From: an uncultured Bacteroidota bacterium
GTDB lineage: Bacteria > Bacteroidota > Bacteroidia > Chitinophagales > Chitinophagaceae
Direction of reading: 5' to 3'
Length of the DNA: 64,000 nt
NCBI GenBank assembly: GCA_903881585.1
Contig: CAIRTW010000350.1
Location: 2,988-66,987, forward strand
In this document: positions 1 through 10,248 of the stretch, piece after piece
How positions within the stretch are numbered: the first letter of the stretch is position 1
How the letters are laid out: each line of letters starts with the position of its first letter
Program-made: the position numbers and the translations under genes
The notes under the pieces: model-generated
Database searches by the model: none
Told to the model about the DNA's origin: nothing
Seen by the model: only the letters and a program-made list of their open reading frames with translations

Positions 1-846
1 CTTACGCCGCCGGAGATAACCAAGATAGCACGGATAAATCTGCGCGAGAAATACATCACCGCAGAGGTGGGCATCACAGGCGGCAACTTTCTGCTGGCAG
101 ATGTGGGCGGTGTATGCGTGAGTGAAAATGAAGGTAATGCACGCCTCTCTACATCATTCCCCGCTACGCAGATATCTATAGTGGGTATAGAAAAACTACT
201 GCCTTCTATCAACGACCTGCAACTGTTCTGGCCGCTGCTGGCCACTTATGGCACGGGGCAGAATGTGACGGTTTATAACACCATATTCACCGGTCCAAAA
301 CAGGCAGGTGAAACCGATGGCCCCGAAGAAATGTACGTGATACTGTTGGACAACGGCCGCACCAACCTGCTGCGCAAGGAAGTACGCGAGAGCATGTACT
401 GCATACGCTGCGGTTCCTGCCTCAATGCCTGCCCTGTATATAAGAACATAGGCGGTCATGCTTATGGCGCTACCTATAGCGGCCCTATTGGCTCGGTGAT
501 AACGCCACACCTGCAGGGCATGGCCGAGTTCAAGCACCTCAGCTACGCGTCGAGCCTGTGCGGCAACTGCACCGAGGTGTGCCCGCTGAAAATAAACATA
601 CACGAGATGCTGCTGGAAAACCGAAGCATAGCTACCAGCGAGGGGCTGAATGGATTTAAAGAAAACACTACCTGGCGGCTGTGGGAAACCGCTATGCTGA
701 ACCGTATGCTGCTGAATACGGCCAGCCCCGGGATAAAAACCAAAGTGGTGAACAAGCTGTTCAAAGACACCTGGGGCAAGCACAGAGGCGAGCTGCATTT
801 TGCCGAACGGTCGTTTAACAAGATGTGGAAGGCACGACTAAAGTGA
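1..846 (+). CDS. lutB: LutB/LldF L-lactate oxidation iron-sulfur protein (5' end outside window)
   Basis: Frame open from base 1 (LTPPEITKIAR...GITGGNF); ENEGN motif; ferredoxin motifs CIRCGSCLNACP and SSLCGNCTEVCP. Confidence 0.9.
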   Translation, partial: LTPPEITKIARINLREKYITAEVGITGGNFLLADVGGVCVSENEGNARLSTSFPATQISIVGIEKLLPSINDLQLFWPLLATYGTGQNVTVYNTIFTGPKQAGETDGPEEMYVILLDNGRTNLLRKEVRESMYCIRCGSCLNACPVYKNIGGHAYGATYSGPIGSVITPHLQGMAEFKHLSYASSLCGNCTEVCPLKINIHEMLLENRSIATSEGLNGFKENTTWRLWETAMLNRMLLNTASPGIKTKVVNKLFKDTWGKHRGELHFAERSFNKMWKARLK

Positions 847-853
847 TCCCTGT

Positions 854-2158
854 ATGGAGACAATAGTGGTATATAGCGCTGAAAATAGCACCCGTCTCAA
901 ATTCGTTTTGGACTGGCTGCTGAAGGAGCGACTGCATATCAACTATACATTAACTACCAATGAAGCAGATACTGTAGATCTCCAGTACTTCATCTCTTAC
1001 GGGAAGCCGCTAGCAAACAGTATCTGCATACCAGACGAGCAACTGTTATGGAAAACCGGCATCCAGAAACTGGAACCACATGCAGGAACCTGGAAAGACC
1101 TGCCCACGATCTTCGCAACTACCGGTGACGAATTCACACTGCCATTCGATCTCTTTTCGGCTGTCTTCTTTTTGCTATCCCGCTACGAAGAGTACTATCA
1201 CTACCATCCCGATAAGCATGGGCGCTACCCTGCCGCAAAAAGTATACTCTACAAAAATGGCTGGCTCATGCGCCCCCTGGTGGATGAATGGGTAACGGCT
1301 TTAAGAAAAGCAGTGCAGGCTGCATCGGGCATACACCTGGAACCAACACCCTTTTTGTTCCAGCCCACCTATGATATAGATATGGCTTACTCGCACCTGC
1401 ACAAGGGCGTGGGGCGTATAGTTGGCGCCTATGTTCGTGCGTTGTTACGGGGAGATGTGAAACAGATAAGTGAGCGAACACAGGTGCTGAAGAAAAAGCA
1501 AAAAGACCCCTACGATTCATTCAGGTGGCTGCGGCTGATGCATAAAGAATATGATTTTAAGCCCCTGTACTTTGTGCTGTCTTCCCTTAAAACCACAACG
1601 TTCGATAAAAACATCCACCCGCAGCACCCGGCCATGATGCGGGTAATTAAAAACCTGGTTAAGGAAAGCGCAATAGGACTACACCCGTCTTATTTTTCAG
1701 AGCGGCATGATGCGCTGAGCAAAGAAAAGAAGACACTGGAGCAGGTCTCAGGAAGTGAAATTCACATCTCCCGCCAGCACTATATACGCATGAAAATGCC
1801 GCGCACCTACCATGCATTGCTGGAGCATGGCATCACCGAAGACTACAGCATGGGCTATGGCTCACATCTTGGCTTCAGGGCAGGCACGGGCAATTCATTT
1901 GTATGGTACGATCTGGAAAAGGAAACAACCACACCGCTGCGTATCTTCCCGTTCTGCTTCATGGATACCACGGCGCACTACGAGGCAAAGATGACGACAA
2001 AAGACGCTTTTGAACAACTAAATGAAATGTGCCGGAAGCTACACCACACAGGCAGCACTATGATAACCGTTTTTCACAATTTTTCGCTGGGCACAAGTAC
2101 CGAATGGAAGGGATGGCGGGCAGCTTATGAGCAGTTTATGGAGGAACAACATGGCTGA
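854..2158 (+). CDS. Polysaccharide deacetylase-like protein (DUF7033-type N-terminus)
   Basis: FFLLSRYEEY, DKHGRY, TYDID, IGLHPSY, RQHYIR and DYSMGY...GFRAGT motifs of the Bacteroidota CE4-like family. Confidence 0.75.
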   Translation: METIVVYSAENSTRLKFVLDWLLKERLHINYTLTTNEADTVDLQYFISYGKPLANSICIPDEQLLWKTGIQKLEPHAGTWKDLPTIFATTGDEFTLPFDLFSAVFFLLSRYEEYYHYHPDKHGRYPAAKSILYKNGWLMRPLVDEWVTALRKAVQAASGIHLEPTPFLFQPTYDIDMAYSHLHKGVGRIVGAYVRALLRGDVKQISERTQVLKKKQKDPYDSFRWLRLMHKEYDFKPLYFVLSSLKTTTFDKNIHPQHPAMMRVIKNLVKESAIGLHPSYFSERHDALSKEKKTLEQVSGSEIHISRQHYIRMKMPRTYHALLEHGITEDYSMGYGSHLGFRAGTGNSFVWYDLEKETTTPLRIFPFCFMDTTAHYEAKMTTKDAFEQLNEMCRKLHHTGSTMITVFHNFSLGTSTEWKGWRAAYEQFMEEQHG

Positions 2159-2256
2159 TTCAAATTCCAAAGTTTAAATTCCAAATTCCAAGAAGAAAAC
2201 TTCATAAATTCGGGTTGTCATATTGAGCGAAGCCGAACTACAAATTCCATAAAAAC

Positions 2257-2919
2257 ATGAATATAAAAGCAATAGTAACAGGCGCTACAGGTATGGTAGG
2301 AGAAGGCGTGCTGATGGAATGCCTCAAACACCCTGATGTGGTTGAAGTTCTGGTCATAAACCGCCGGCCATGCGGCTTTACCCACCCCAAGCTGAAGGAG
2401 ATAGTACATGCCGATTTCTTCAACATTACGCCAATCGCGGCACAGCTGAAAGGCTATAACGCCTGCTTCTTTTGTCTGGGTGTATCTTCTGTAGGGATGA
2501 AGGAAAAAGAGTACACACATTTTACTTATGACCTTACACTACATGTAGCGGGGATATTGGCGCCGCTGAACCCCGATATGACCTTCTGCTATGTGTCAGG
2601 CGCTGGCACAGACAGCACGGAGAAGGGGCGTAGCATGTGGGCACGGGTTAAGGGTAAGACAGAGAATGACCTCATGAAGCTGCCTTTCAAAGCAGCGTAT
2701 ATGTTCCGGCCGGGAATGATGAAAGCAACACCGGGACAGAAGAACCTGCTGAAGGCATACAAGTATTTTGCGTGGCTGTATCCCTTTCTCCGCACAGTGT
2801 TTCCCGGCTCGGCGTGTGAGTTGGCAGAGGTAGGTGCGGCTATGATCAATGCAGCAAAGTACGGCAGTGATAAAAAGATACTGGCGGTAAGGGACATTGT
2901 GGCGCTGTCGGAGAAGTAG
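2257..2919 (+). CDS. NAD(P)-binding epimerase/dehydratase-like Rossmann protein
   Basis: N-terminal TGATGMVG; CFFCLG, YVSGAG and WARVKGKTEN motifs. Confidence 0.85.
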   Translation: MNIKAIVTGATGMVGEGVLMECLKHPDVVEVLVINRRPCGFTHPKLKEIVHADFFNITPIAAQLKGYNACFFCLGVSSVGMKEKEYTHFTYDLTLHVAGILAPLNPDMTFCYVSGAGTDSTEKGRSMWARVKGKTENDLMKLPFKAAYMFRPGMMKATPGQKNLLKAYKYFAWLYPFLRTVFPGSACELAEVGAAMINAAKYGSDKKILAVRDIVALSEK

Positions 2920-2927
2920 GATTGCAG

Positions 2928-3644
2928 CTACTTCCTTATAAACACCCTTGTACCCTCAGGCACTAAAGTGTATAGTTCGTCCACATCTTTATTCTTCAAT
3001 GCTACGCAGCCGTCGGTCCAGCATACGCCCAGCTCTATCATGTCATCCCCACCTTTCCATATGCCATGTATGCCTACATCGCCGCCTATTTTGGCAGACT
3101 GAGGTATGGCGCCTGCTGCTTTAAGCCGGGTGAACGCCGCAATGGATGAGTCGGTAGGATAATTGAGCAGCATGAATTTGTTGTACTTCGATGCGGCATT
3201 TTTATTCTTTATCGTAAACCACCCCTCTGGTGTACATCTGTCCCCTTCCATCCTCTTGTTTTCCAGTGGCTTTGGCCCGAAGACGGCTTTGTAAGAGCGT
3301 ATTTTCTTTCTCCGGTAATACACGTCGAGGGTGTATTTGGCTTTGCTCACCACCAGCATCAGTGAGTCTTTGTTTAGTGTATCCGGGTTTATGGGCACAT
3401 GGAGGCTTGAATAAGAAGGGATCGTCTGTGTCTCTGTGATCCGCTGCTGCCCAAGGTAATATTGCAGGGTGCGCACGGTATTCCCGTTTTTGTCTCTATG
3501 CTCTTCCAGTATCTTTATATCCCGCGGGCGGGGTATGGTATCTGTTTTCGCCTTGTCCGGCTTACCTTTTACCTGGGCAAATGACGCAACGCATAATAAG
3601 AGGAAAGAAAACAACAGGATAGCACTCTTCCAGTAACAACTCAT
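2928..3644 (-). CDS. L,D-transpeptidase (YkuD-fold, YafK/DpaA-like) with signal peptide
   Basis: K..EGD..TPEG, LNYP and IHG...WTDGCVAL catalytic motifs; start placed at MSCYWK before the hydrophobic signal. Confidence 0.85.
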   Translation of the reverse strand: MSCYWKSAILLFSFLLLCVASFAQVKGKPDKAKTDTIPRPRDIKILEEHRDKNGNTVRTLQYYLGQQRITETQTIPSYSSLHVPINPDTLNKDSLMLVVSKAKYTLDVYYRRKKIRSYKAVFGPKPLENKRMEGDRCTPEGWFTIKNKNAASKYNKFMLLNYPTDSSIAAFTRLKAAGAIPQSAKIGGDVGIHGIWKGGDDMIELGVCWTDGCVALKNKDVDELYTLVPEGTRVFIRK

Positions 3645-3748
3645 ATGGGCGTGACGGTCCTTCATCTGGAATACTGGTCTTTGTATTTTCACGAAACTAT
3701 CTAAAAAAATCCGAAACCCATCGGAGATTTACCGGCAACGAAGTATGC

Positions 3749-4390
3749 CTACTTGCTCAATTCCTTATATTCTTCGTAGGAGATCATTTTATACTCCGGC
3801 GGTATGCGGAACACAGCATTCTCCACCGGCTCCAGCAATAATTTATCCGCTTCAAATTCCATTGCGATCCCATGTTCATCGGTATATGAAAAACCCATTG
3901 GCAAAAACCTGGCGGCAGGGAACCGCTCAAAGGAAATGGCTTGTGCAGGGTACCAGTCTTTGGAATAAGAAATATCGGCCCACGAGCTGTCTTTATAGCT
4001 TACACGGCCTTTGTTCACGGCATAACCAGCTATGTTAGCGGTGCCGCCATCGTCTTTAACCGTGAATCCTAAGTAAGGCTGTTGGCGCTTCGACATCTCT
4101 TCCATGCTCAGCTGGATCGCAAATTTTTTGCCATTCCTGTTCTGCAATGAATAGACTTTTCCTGTGCCGCAATCTATGAGCACTACATCTTCAAAGCCGT
4201 TATCCAGCTTTAGCTCTTTTTTTATGTGCGGCCCCTTAAAAGTAAATGTATAGTAACCCTTGTACGTCCTGTTATCCGGCGACGTCAATTTTACTTTGTA
4301 CCGCACTATTCCCTCAGTAAATGGTTTTTGCGCACCAGCCGGTACAGATGGCAGCAACAGGATCAGCAAGGCAAGTATTGAATATCTCAT
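3749..4390 (-). CDS. Exported protein, DUF4412/GLPGLI-like
   Basis: Signal peptide MRYSILALL...AGAQ; FTEGIVRY start, IAGY motif, C-terminal F.IPPEYK. Confidence 0.55.
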   Translation of the reverse strand: MRYSILALLILLLPSVPAGAQKPFTEGIVRYKVKLTSPDNRTYKGYYTFTFKGPHIKKELKLDNGFEDVVLIDCGTGKVYSLQNRNGKKFAIQLSMEEMSKRQQPYLGFTVKDDGGTANIAGYAVNKGRVSYKDSSWADISYSKDWYPAQAISFERFPAARFLPMGFSYTDEHGIAMEFEADKLLLEPVENAVFRIPPEYKMISYEEYKELSK

Positions 4391-4544
4391 TTTACACGAG
4401 GCTAAGGCGGAAACGCATTTTGATACAAAATACCACAATTATAACAATTCTCTAAGGGTTATGCGGCGATATATTATCTCCTCCCCCCTTTTTGAAGTAG
4501 TAAAATTCGTACATTGCTTTGATATAATTTTAATAAGGAGTGCT

Positions 4545-6230
4545 ATGGAATTGCTGAAAAAACTGAAGAGATCAAAGGGGTTTATTGCTGGTGTTGTGCT
4601 TACCGCTACCGCGTTTTTATTTATCCGTGCCCGGACCAATGACCAATACTTCGAAATATCGAAAAACCTCGATGTCTATGCCAACATACTTAAAGAACTG
4701 AACACCTATTATGTAGACCCGATAGAGCCGGGAAAACTGGTAAAAACGGGGGTAGATGCTATGCTGGAAGACCTGGACCCTTACACGAACTACATTACCG
4801 AATCGGACATAGAGGAGTATGAGTTTATGACCACCGGCAAGTATGGCGGTATAGGCGCTAATATGCACCGCAAAGGAGAAGACATTTATATAGGCGATGT
4901 GTATGAAAACAGCCCCGCACAAAAGGCAGGCCTGCATCCCGGCGATATGGTGGAAACTATAGATAACCAGCTCGTAAAAGGTAAAAGCATTGACGACCTG
5001 GGGCTGCTGCTGAAAGGCTCTCCCGGCACACAGATCACCATGAAGATCAAGGACGCATTTACCCATACCGTTTCTCAAAAGATCATCACCCGCAGCGAGA
5101 TAGAAATATCCAGTGTACCCTATGCCAGCCTCATAGGGCCGGGAAACAACATTGCGTATGTGCGGCTCACACAGTTCACCCAGGGCTGTGCCCACCAGGT
5201 AAAAGACGCGTACGACAGTCTGCAGAAAGTGCAGCCCGCGCTAAAGGGCCTCGTGCTGGACCTCAGGAACAACCCCGGCGGCCTGCTGGAAGAAGCAGTG
5301 GCGATATGCAACATATTTGTGGATAAAGGCCAGCTGGTAGTGAGCACCAAGGGCAAAATAGCCGACTTGGACAGAGAATACAAAACACAGGGGCCTGTAT
5401 GGAACAAAACATTGCCACTGACCGTGCTGGTAAATCACTCATCTGCCTCTGCATCAGAAATAGTAGCCGGAACTATGCAGGACCTGGACCGGGGCGTGAT
5501 AATAGGAGAACGTTCTTATGGCAAGGGGCTGGTACAGGTGCAGCATCCGCTGGGGTTCAATGCCCGCCTGAAACTCACCATTGCCCGGTACTATACCCCC
5601 AGCGGCCGCTGCATACAGGCGCTCGACTACACCCACCGCAACGCAGATGGCAGCGTGGGCTATATACCCGATTCGCTTAAAAAATCGTATAAGACAAAGG
5701 ATGGCCGTACCGTACTTAGTGGCGGCGGCATAGCGGCCGATGTGAGTGTAAAAGACGAGCCGGTGAGCAGCATAGCTATTACGCTTTATACAAAGAATTA
5801 TCTCTTCGACTACGCTACAGAGTATGCCAGCAAGCACACCTTGATAGTAACAGCAGATAAGTTTAACCTCAGCGATGGCGAATTTAACGACTTTGCAAAA
5901 TGGCTGGAGAACAAAGACTATTCCTACAAAACAGAGACAGAAGCCGGGCTGGACTCGCTGAAGAAAATGGCCATAAAAGAAAAATATTATGATGACGCCA
6001 AGGATGCATTTGAGACACTGCAAAACAAACTTTCGCACGATAAAAAGCAGGACCTGATCAAGAACAAAACACAGGTAAAGCAAATGCTCGAAAACGAGAT
6101 AGCTTCACGCTACTACTATACCCGTGGCCGCATTGCGCAAAGCATGCAGTACGATAAGGAAGTGGACCGCGCCCTTGCTCTGATAGCCCAGCCCGCGGAA
6201 TACGAGACTATATTGAAGCCCGGTAAATAA
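4545..6230 (+). CDS. ctpA: Carboxy-terminal processing protease (S41A, PDZ domain)
   Basis: LDPYT, GGIG PDZ entry, DLRNNPGG, SASASEIVAG, GERSYGKG, YYTPSG; start trimmed to MELLKK at 4545. Confidence 0.9.
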   Translation: MELLKKLKRSKGFIAGVVLTATAFLFIRARTNDQYFEISKNLDVYANILKELNTYYVDPIEPGKLVKTGVDAMLEDLDPYTNYITESDIEEYEFMTTGKYGGIGANMHRKGEDIYIGDVYENSPAQKAGLHPGDMVETIDNQLVKGKSIDDLGLLLKGSPGTQITMKIKDAFTHTVSQKIITRSEIEISSVPYASLIGPGNNIAYVRLTQFTQGCAHQVKDAYDSLQKVQPALKGLVLDLRNNPGGLLEEAVAICNIFVDKGQLVVSTKGKIADLDREYKTQGPVWNKTLPLTVLVNHSSASASEIVAGTMQDLDRGVIIGERSYGKGLVQVQHPLGFNARLKLTIARYYTPSGRCIQALDYTHRNADGSVGYIPDSLKKSYKTKDGRTVLSGGGIAADVSVKDEPVSSIAITLYTKNYLFDYATEYASKHTLIVTADKFNLSDGEFNDFAKWLENKDYSYKTETEAGLDSLKKMAIKEKYYDDAKDAFETLQNKLSHDKKQDLIKNKTQVKQMLENEIASRYYYTRGRIAQSMQYDKEVDRALALIAQPAEYETILKPGK

Positions 6231-6233
6231 AAT

Positions 6234-6272
6234 AATAAGAGTCCCACACCTTTACCGTGTGGGACTCTTATT
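6234..6272. terminator. Probable bidirectional intrinsic terminator
   Basis: AATAAGAGTCCCACAC-loop-GTGTGGGACTCTTATT 16-bp inverted repeat between convergent genes. Confidence 0.85.
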
Positions 6273-6376
6273 GAATGTTTTAAAGAAGGTCTGCTATGAA
6301 TTATCTCTTTGAAGCAACGTTAGGATGGTAACCCAAGAGGAATTTGTACATTCCCACATTTTGCATTTGCACATTA

Positions 6377-7336
6377 TTACAGATGCCACCACTCATGCTG
6401 ATGGCTAAGCACCTTGTAGTAAAAAGTAATGGTAATGGTAGAGTATGAATCGTTACCGGGATTGCCTCTCAGGTTGCCCGCTGTGTTTGGCACCTGGTTA
6501 TTAAAATACTGCTCTTTATCAGCAACCGATTCTGCCAGGGCAGCCTGCTGTGGAGACATGTGGCTGTAGAAAGCCCTTGGGTCCACATACTTGCCGCTCA
6601 CGCCATCCAGGTACTTGGTAAACGTATAGCGGTACATATACTCGATGCCCAGGTTCAGGTGCTGGCCTATATCCCATTTCCATCCCAGGCCCAGCGGAAT
6701 TGCGGGCTGCCACAATGAGTATTGCTTAGGATAGGCGCCGCCCCAGCCCTGCCCTTCCAGGTCCAGGTCATATGTCTTCACATAAGTGGAGCCGTTGCCT
6801 GCAGTGCTGTATGGCGTAAAGTGAAACACACCAACCCCTGCCATGAAAACCAATTGTCCTCTCCTGTGTGCAGCCCTGCTCGTTGGGTTCATCCGGAACG
6901 GGGTGATCTCAAAAATCAGTGATCCTTCCACGGTCTGGTCTTTGGCATTCTGCTCCCGCAGGTACCGTTGCACGGGGTCGCTGCCTTCCAGCAATACATT
7001 GCCGGCAACTGTCGCTTTATCCTCGTTCCACTGGTCTGTGGCATATAGCACACCATAGTTCAGCATCATCCTCACTGCCAGCGCAGGATGTATAGAATAA
7101 CGGCCGAACAAGCCGCCCATGAAACACATTTTATCCGTGTAGTGGCTGTTGGTATAGTGGTCCAGTACAGACTGGGTACCCACATTGCCCCACAGATCGG
7201 TCGTACCTATGTCGGTACCTATAGACCACCCATCAGGCTCTATATAAACCCGGTAAGCATCTTGTGCGTTTGCTTTTTGTGCAAATGCAACGCTGATACA
7301 CAAAATCAATAAGTTGCGGATAAACCTGGCACGCAT
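6377..7336 (-). CDS. Outer-membrane beta-barrel protein, DUF6089/PorG-like
   Basis: Signal peptide; IPLGLGWK, RYTFTKYLDGVSG and RGNPGNDSY motifs; amphipathic strands. Confidence 0.7.
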   Translation of the reverse strand: MRARFIRNLLILCISVAFAQKANAQDAYRVYIEPDGWSIGTDIGTTDLWGNVGTQSVLDHYTNSHYTDKMCFMGGLFGRYSIHPALAVRMMLNYGVLYATDQWNEDKATVAGNVLLEGSDPVQRYLREQNAKDQTVEGSLIFEITPFRMNPTSRAAHRRGQLVFMAGVGVFHFTPYSTAGNGSTYVKTYDLDLEGQGWGGAYPKQYSLWQPAIPLGLGWKWDIGQHLNLGIEYMYRYTFTKYLDGVSGKYVDPRAFYSHMSPQQAALAESVADKEQYFNNQVPNTAGNLRGNPGNDSYSTITITFYYKVLSHQHEWWHL

Positions 7337-7367
7337 GTATAGAAAATTTTGAGGATGAAGATATAAA

Positions 7368-8147
7368 TTATTTTCCTTTAAACACAGGTTTTCTTTTTTC
7401 CAGGAACGCAGATGTGCCCTCCTTCATATCTTCTGTGGTAAAACACTCACCAAAACGCGTTATTTCATGGTCAAAACCCGCCGGGTTACAATTCGCAGCA
7501 TCATTCACACAGGCAATGACTTTTGACACGGCTACAGGCGCCTTTATATGTATTTTCTGCAATACTTCCTTCGCTTTGGCCAGCAGCTCTTCCTGCGGTA
7601 CTACATGGTTCACAAGGCCCAGTGCCTTTGCCTCATCTGCACCTATCATGTCGCCCGTCATCATCAGCTCCATAGCCTTGCCCTTGCCTACCAACTGGGT
7701 AAGGCGCTGGGTACCGCCATAGCCGGGTATCAGGCCCAGGTTCACCTCTGGTTGGCCAAACTTCGCATTTGCAGCCGCTACCCTGAAGTGGCACGACATA
7801 GCCAGCTCACAGCCGCCACCGAGCGCAAAACCATTTACAGCAGCGATCACCGGCTTGTGGCAGTTCTCTATTTTATTGAAAACTCCGTCCTGGCCTGCCT
7901 TGGCAAGCGCCGTACCCTGTGAATAGTCCAGCGAAACAAACTCGCTGATATCAGCTCCGGCCACAAATGCCTTTTCACCAGCTCCGGTTATGATAGCCGT
8001 CTTTATTTCGTCATTGTTATAAACTTCATCCATCACCTTTCCCAGCTCATGTATCACGTCTTTGTTCAGCGCGTTCATCTTGTCCGGGCGGTTCACGGTA
8101 ATTACTAAAGTGCCTTTGTCTAATTCTGTAAGTAGTGTAGTGTACAT
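7368..8147 (-). CDS. Enoyl-CoA hydratase/crotonase family protein
   Basis: NRPDKMNAL, AFVAGADI, GGGCELA and PEVNLGLIPGYGGTQRL; start MYTTLL. Confidence 0.92.
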   Translation of the reverse strand: MYTTLLTELDKGTLVITVNRPDKMNALNKDVIHELGKVMDEVYNNDEIKTAIITGAGEKAFVAGADISEFVSLDYSQGTALAKAGQDGVFNKIENCHKPVIAAVNGFALGGGCELAMSCHFRVAAANAKFGQPEVNLGLIPGYGGTQRLTQLVGKGKAMELMMTGDMIGADEAKALGLVNHVVPQEELLAKAKEVLQKIHIKAPVAVSKVIACVNDAANCNPAGFDHEITRFGECFTTEDMKEGTSAFLEKRKPVFKGK

Positions 8148-8228
8148 TTTTTGATTGTTTGTTAATGTGATCAACTATTTAGTTCCCCCGCCCCCGATCT
8201 GTAATTATGTTATATTGATATTAGTATT

Positions 8229-8654
8229 TCACTCAAAACTCCGATGTTCTATTACCCAGCTGATAATATAGTTTGCGATCTCGGCCGTAGGTGCGCTCGG
8301 CGGGAACAGCCTGCCCACGCCCATTTCCTGTAGTTCCTTCATATCTGCATCAGGTATTATGCCACCGCCGGTGAGCAATACATCATCGAGCCCTTTTTCC
8401 TTCATCAGCTGCATTACCTTGGGGAATACCGTCATGTGGGCGCCGCTAAGTATGCTGATGCCTATGGCATCCACATCTTCCTGTAGCGCAGTGTTTACCA
8501 CCATCTCCGGTGTTTGCCGCAGACCGGTGTAGATCACCTCCATCCCCGCATCGCGCAGAGAGGTAGCCACCACTTTTGCCCCCCGGTCGTGCCCGTCCAG
8601 CCCCACCTTGGCTACCAGCACACGCACCGGGCGTTTCAGATCGTTGTTCATCAC
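8229..8654 (-). CDS. Cobalamin-binding small subunit of methylmalonyl-CoA/acyl-CoA mutase
   Basis: [11 protein letters not shown] (DxHxxG), SILSGAH, GGIIP. Confidence 0.92.
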   Translation of the reverse strand: MMNNDLKRPVRVLVAKVGLDGHDRGAKVVATSLRDAGMEVIYTGLRQTPEMVVNTALQEDVDAIGISILSGAHMTVFPKVMQLMKEKGLDDVLLTGGGIIPDADMKELQEMGVGRLFPPSAPTAEIANYIISWVIEHRSFE

Positions 8655-8669
8655 TTTTTATTAGCGGGG

Positions 8670-8677
8670 CAAAAGTA
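8670..8677 (-). promoter_or_regulatory. Bacteroidota -7 promoter element
   Basis: TACTTTTG (TAnnTTTG) on minus strand about 16 bp upstream of the mutase subunit. Confidence 0.6.
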
Positions 8678-8723
8678 AAGATTTATAGCGCAGTATCATA
8701 ACTATACACGTAGCAATTAAAAA

Positions 8724-8966
8724 CTAAAAGTTTTTAATATCCTTTTCAAATTGAGCGTGGGATATACCAAGTGTTTCCAGGTTCTTATGAATGTGCAAAA
8801 TAGGGATGTCCTTATCTTTAGTTCTAACAATGATCGGCCTGGATAATTGCGGTATCCCTTCCCTGAAGTTGAAAGAATCATGGCTTGATTCGGTTCTTAT
8901 TTTAATCAATCCAAGGGATTTGAGGTATTTCAGGAACTTCTTAGTTGGAATAGGTTTGATGCCCAT
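8724..8966 (-). CDS. hicA: HicA-like mRNA interferase toxin
   Basis: 80 aa, basic; K.L..LG...IRTESSH (variant of GSH); downstream of a HicB-like gene. Confidence 0.65.
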   Translation of the reverse strand: MGIKPIPTKKFLKYLKSLGLIKIRTESSHDSFNFREGIPQLSRPIIVRTKDKDIPILHIHKNLETLGISHAQFEKDIKNF

Positions 8967-8980
8967 AAGAAAGTAGAAGC

Positions 8981-9322
8981 TTATACTGGAATTAAAACCC
9001 TTTCTTTAAATGAAGAACGCAATGCCTTTAAAGGATACTTACCAGGTTTTAATTTAGGCGGTTCATATTTTGCGGTAGGTAATTTTCTAAGCGACCAGCC
9101 TAAATTCAATAAGTTTTTTTCGAGGGTGCCATGTTCCAGGCAATATTCCATAAATATATTCAGGGCCTCCTCAAAAGACGCCTTAGCTTCTTTGTTTGTT
9201 TTGCCAAACGAAGACAACTCTAAAGAAGGGCAATAAGCAACAATATATTCACCATCCTGTACGAGATCAACCTCCAATCCAACCGCAACCCTCTTTCCTT
9301 TTTTCTTAATGAGATCCGCCAT
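8981..9322 (-). CDS. hicB: HicB-like antitoxin
   Basis: YIVAYCPSLELSSFGKTNKEAKASFEEAL partial RNase H-fold signature; start MADLIK. Confidence 0.75.
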   Translation of the reverse strand: MADLIKKKGKRVAVGLEVDLVQDGEYIVAYCPSLELSSFGKTNKEAKASFEEALNIFMEYCLEHGTLEKNLLNLGWSLRKLPTAKYEPPKLKPGKYPLKALRSSFKERVLIPV

Positions 9323-9474
9323 TTTGTAGATATAAACATTACAAATAAAACACCAAACCAAATTTAGAGATAAATTCTTAAAGCAAGATCAAAACTGTCC
9401 TTAAAAGCGTTCCAGAATACTATCATACTTCAATAAAAAATCATTTTATTATATTACACAATATTCATCGCCCT

Positions 9475-10248
9475 ATGAAAAGAACAATCCAAGAAATCCT
9501 GTTCACAATGATACTGGCATCCGCCTGCAATATTGCCCTTGCTCAAATAGACACCAACGCCCGCGAAATACCCTGGCAAACGATAAAACAGGCAGATATC
9601 CTCTATAAAAAGAGAATGTGGCGCGAGATACCTGTTTATGAAAAGCGAAACGCACCGCTCCGCGATGACCCGCGTATGCCACAGGAAAATGTTTTTGCAA
9701 ATGTCTTGTTGAGCGGAATAAATGCGGGCGTATTTACAGCCTATGCAGAGAGAGGAAAGGAGCTCAAACATCCGCTCACTATAGAAGAAGTGAATGAGTT
9801 GACTAAATGTGACCCTGCAAACCTTTCTGTTGGCTCATTGAAATTCTGGAATTTCTGCCTGGAGCACAAAAATGACTCGGTAGAATTTGCCGGTGAAGAC
9901 CAAGGAACGGATTCCAATCAGGTCATACTGCCGAATAGCGCCGTTGGGGTTGCCTCGTGCAAATATCCGCTGCAGATAGACAAATACCGGATAGCCGAAG
10001 ACTGGATCTACGATAAGGGCCAGGGGCAAATGATTCTGCGAATTGTGGCTATTGCACCTGTGGCAAATAACAAAGCACTCTTTTGGCTATCGTATCCGGA
10101 GATAAGAAAGTATATAGCACATTATGAGGCATACAAAGTAGCAACAAGCAGGCGATACATGTGGGATGAATATTTTGAATCAAGGCAGTTTATGTCTAAA
10201 ATAATAAAGGTGGGAGAGCCTGTATACTCATCAAAACAAAAGAAGTAA
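9475..10248 (+). CDS. GldN/PorN-family protein, stand-alone paralogue
   Basis: Signal peptide; ADILYKKRMWREI, YRIAEDWIYDK...RIVAIAP, LFWLSYPE, F.SR.F.S.I.K motifs. Confidence 0.75.
   Translation: MKRTIQEILFTMILASACNIALAQIDTNAREIPWQTIKQADILYKKRMWREIPVYEKRNAPLRDDPRMPQENVFANVLLSGINAGVFTAYAERGKELKHPLTIEEVNELTKCDPANLSVGSLKFWNFCLEHKNDSVEFAGEDQGTDSNQVILPNSAVGVASCKYPLQIDKYRIAEDWIYDKGQGQMILRIVAIAPVANNKALFWLSYPEIRKYIAHYEAYKVATSRRYMWDEYFESRQFMSKIIKVGEPVYSSKQKK

Noticed and set aside
8655-8723. Cobalamin riboswitch upstream of the B12-binding subunit
   Set aside because: The gap is only about 70 bp with the promoter close to the start; no B12-box motif was seen.
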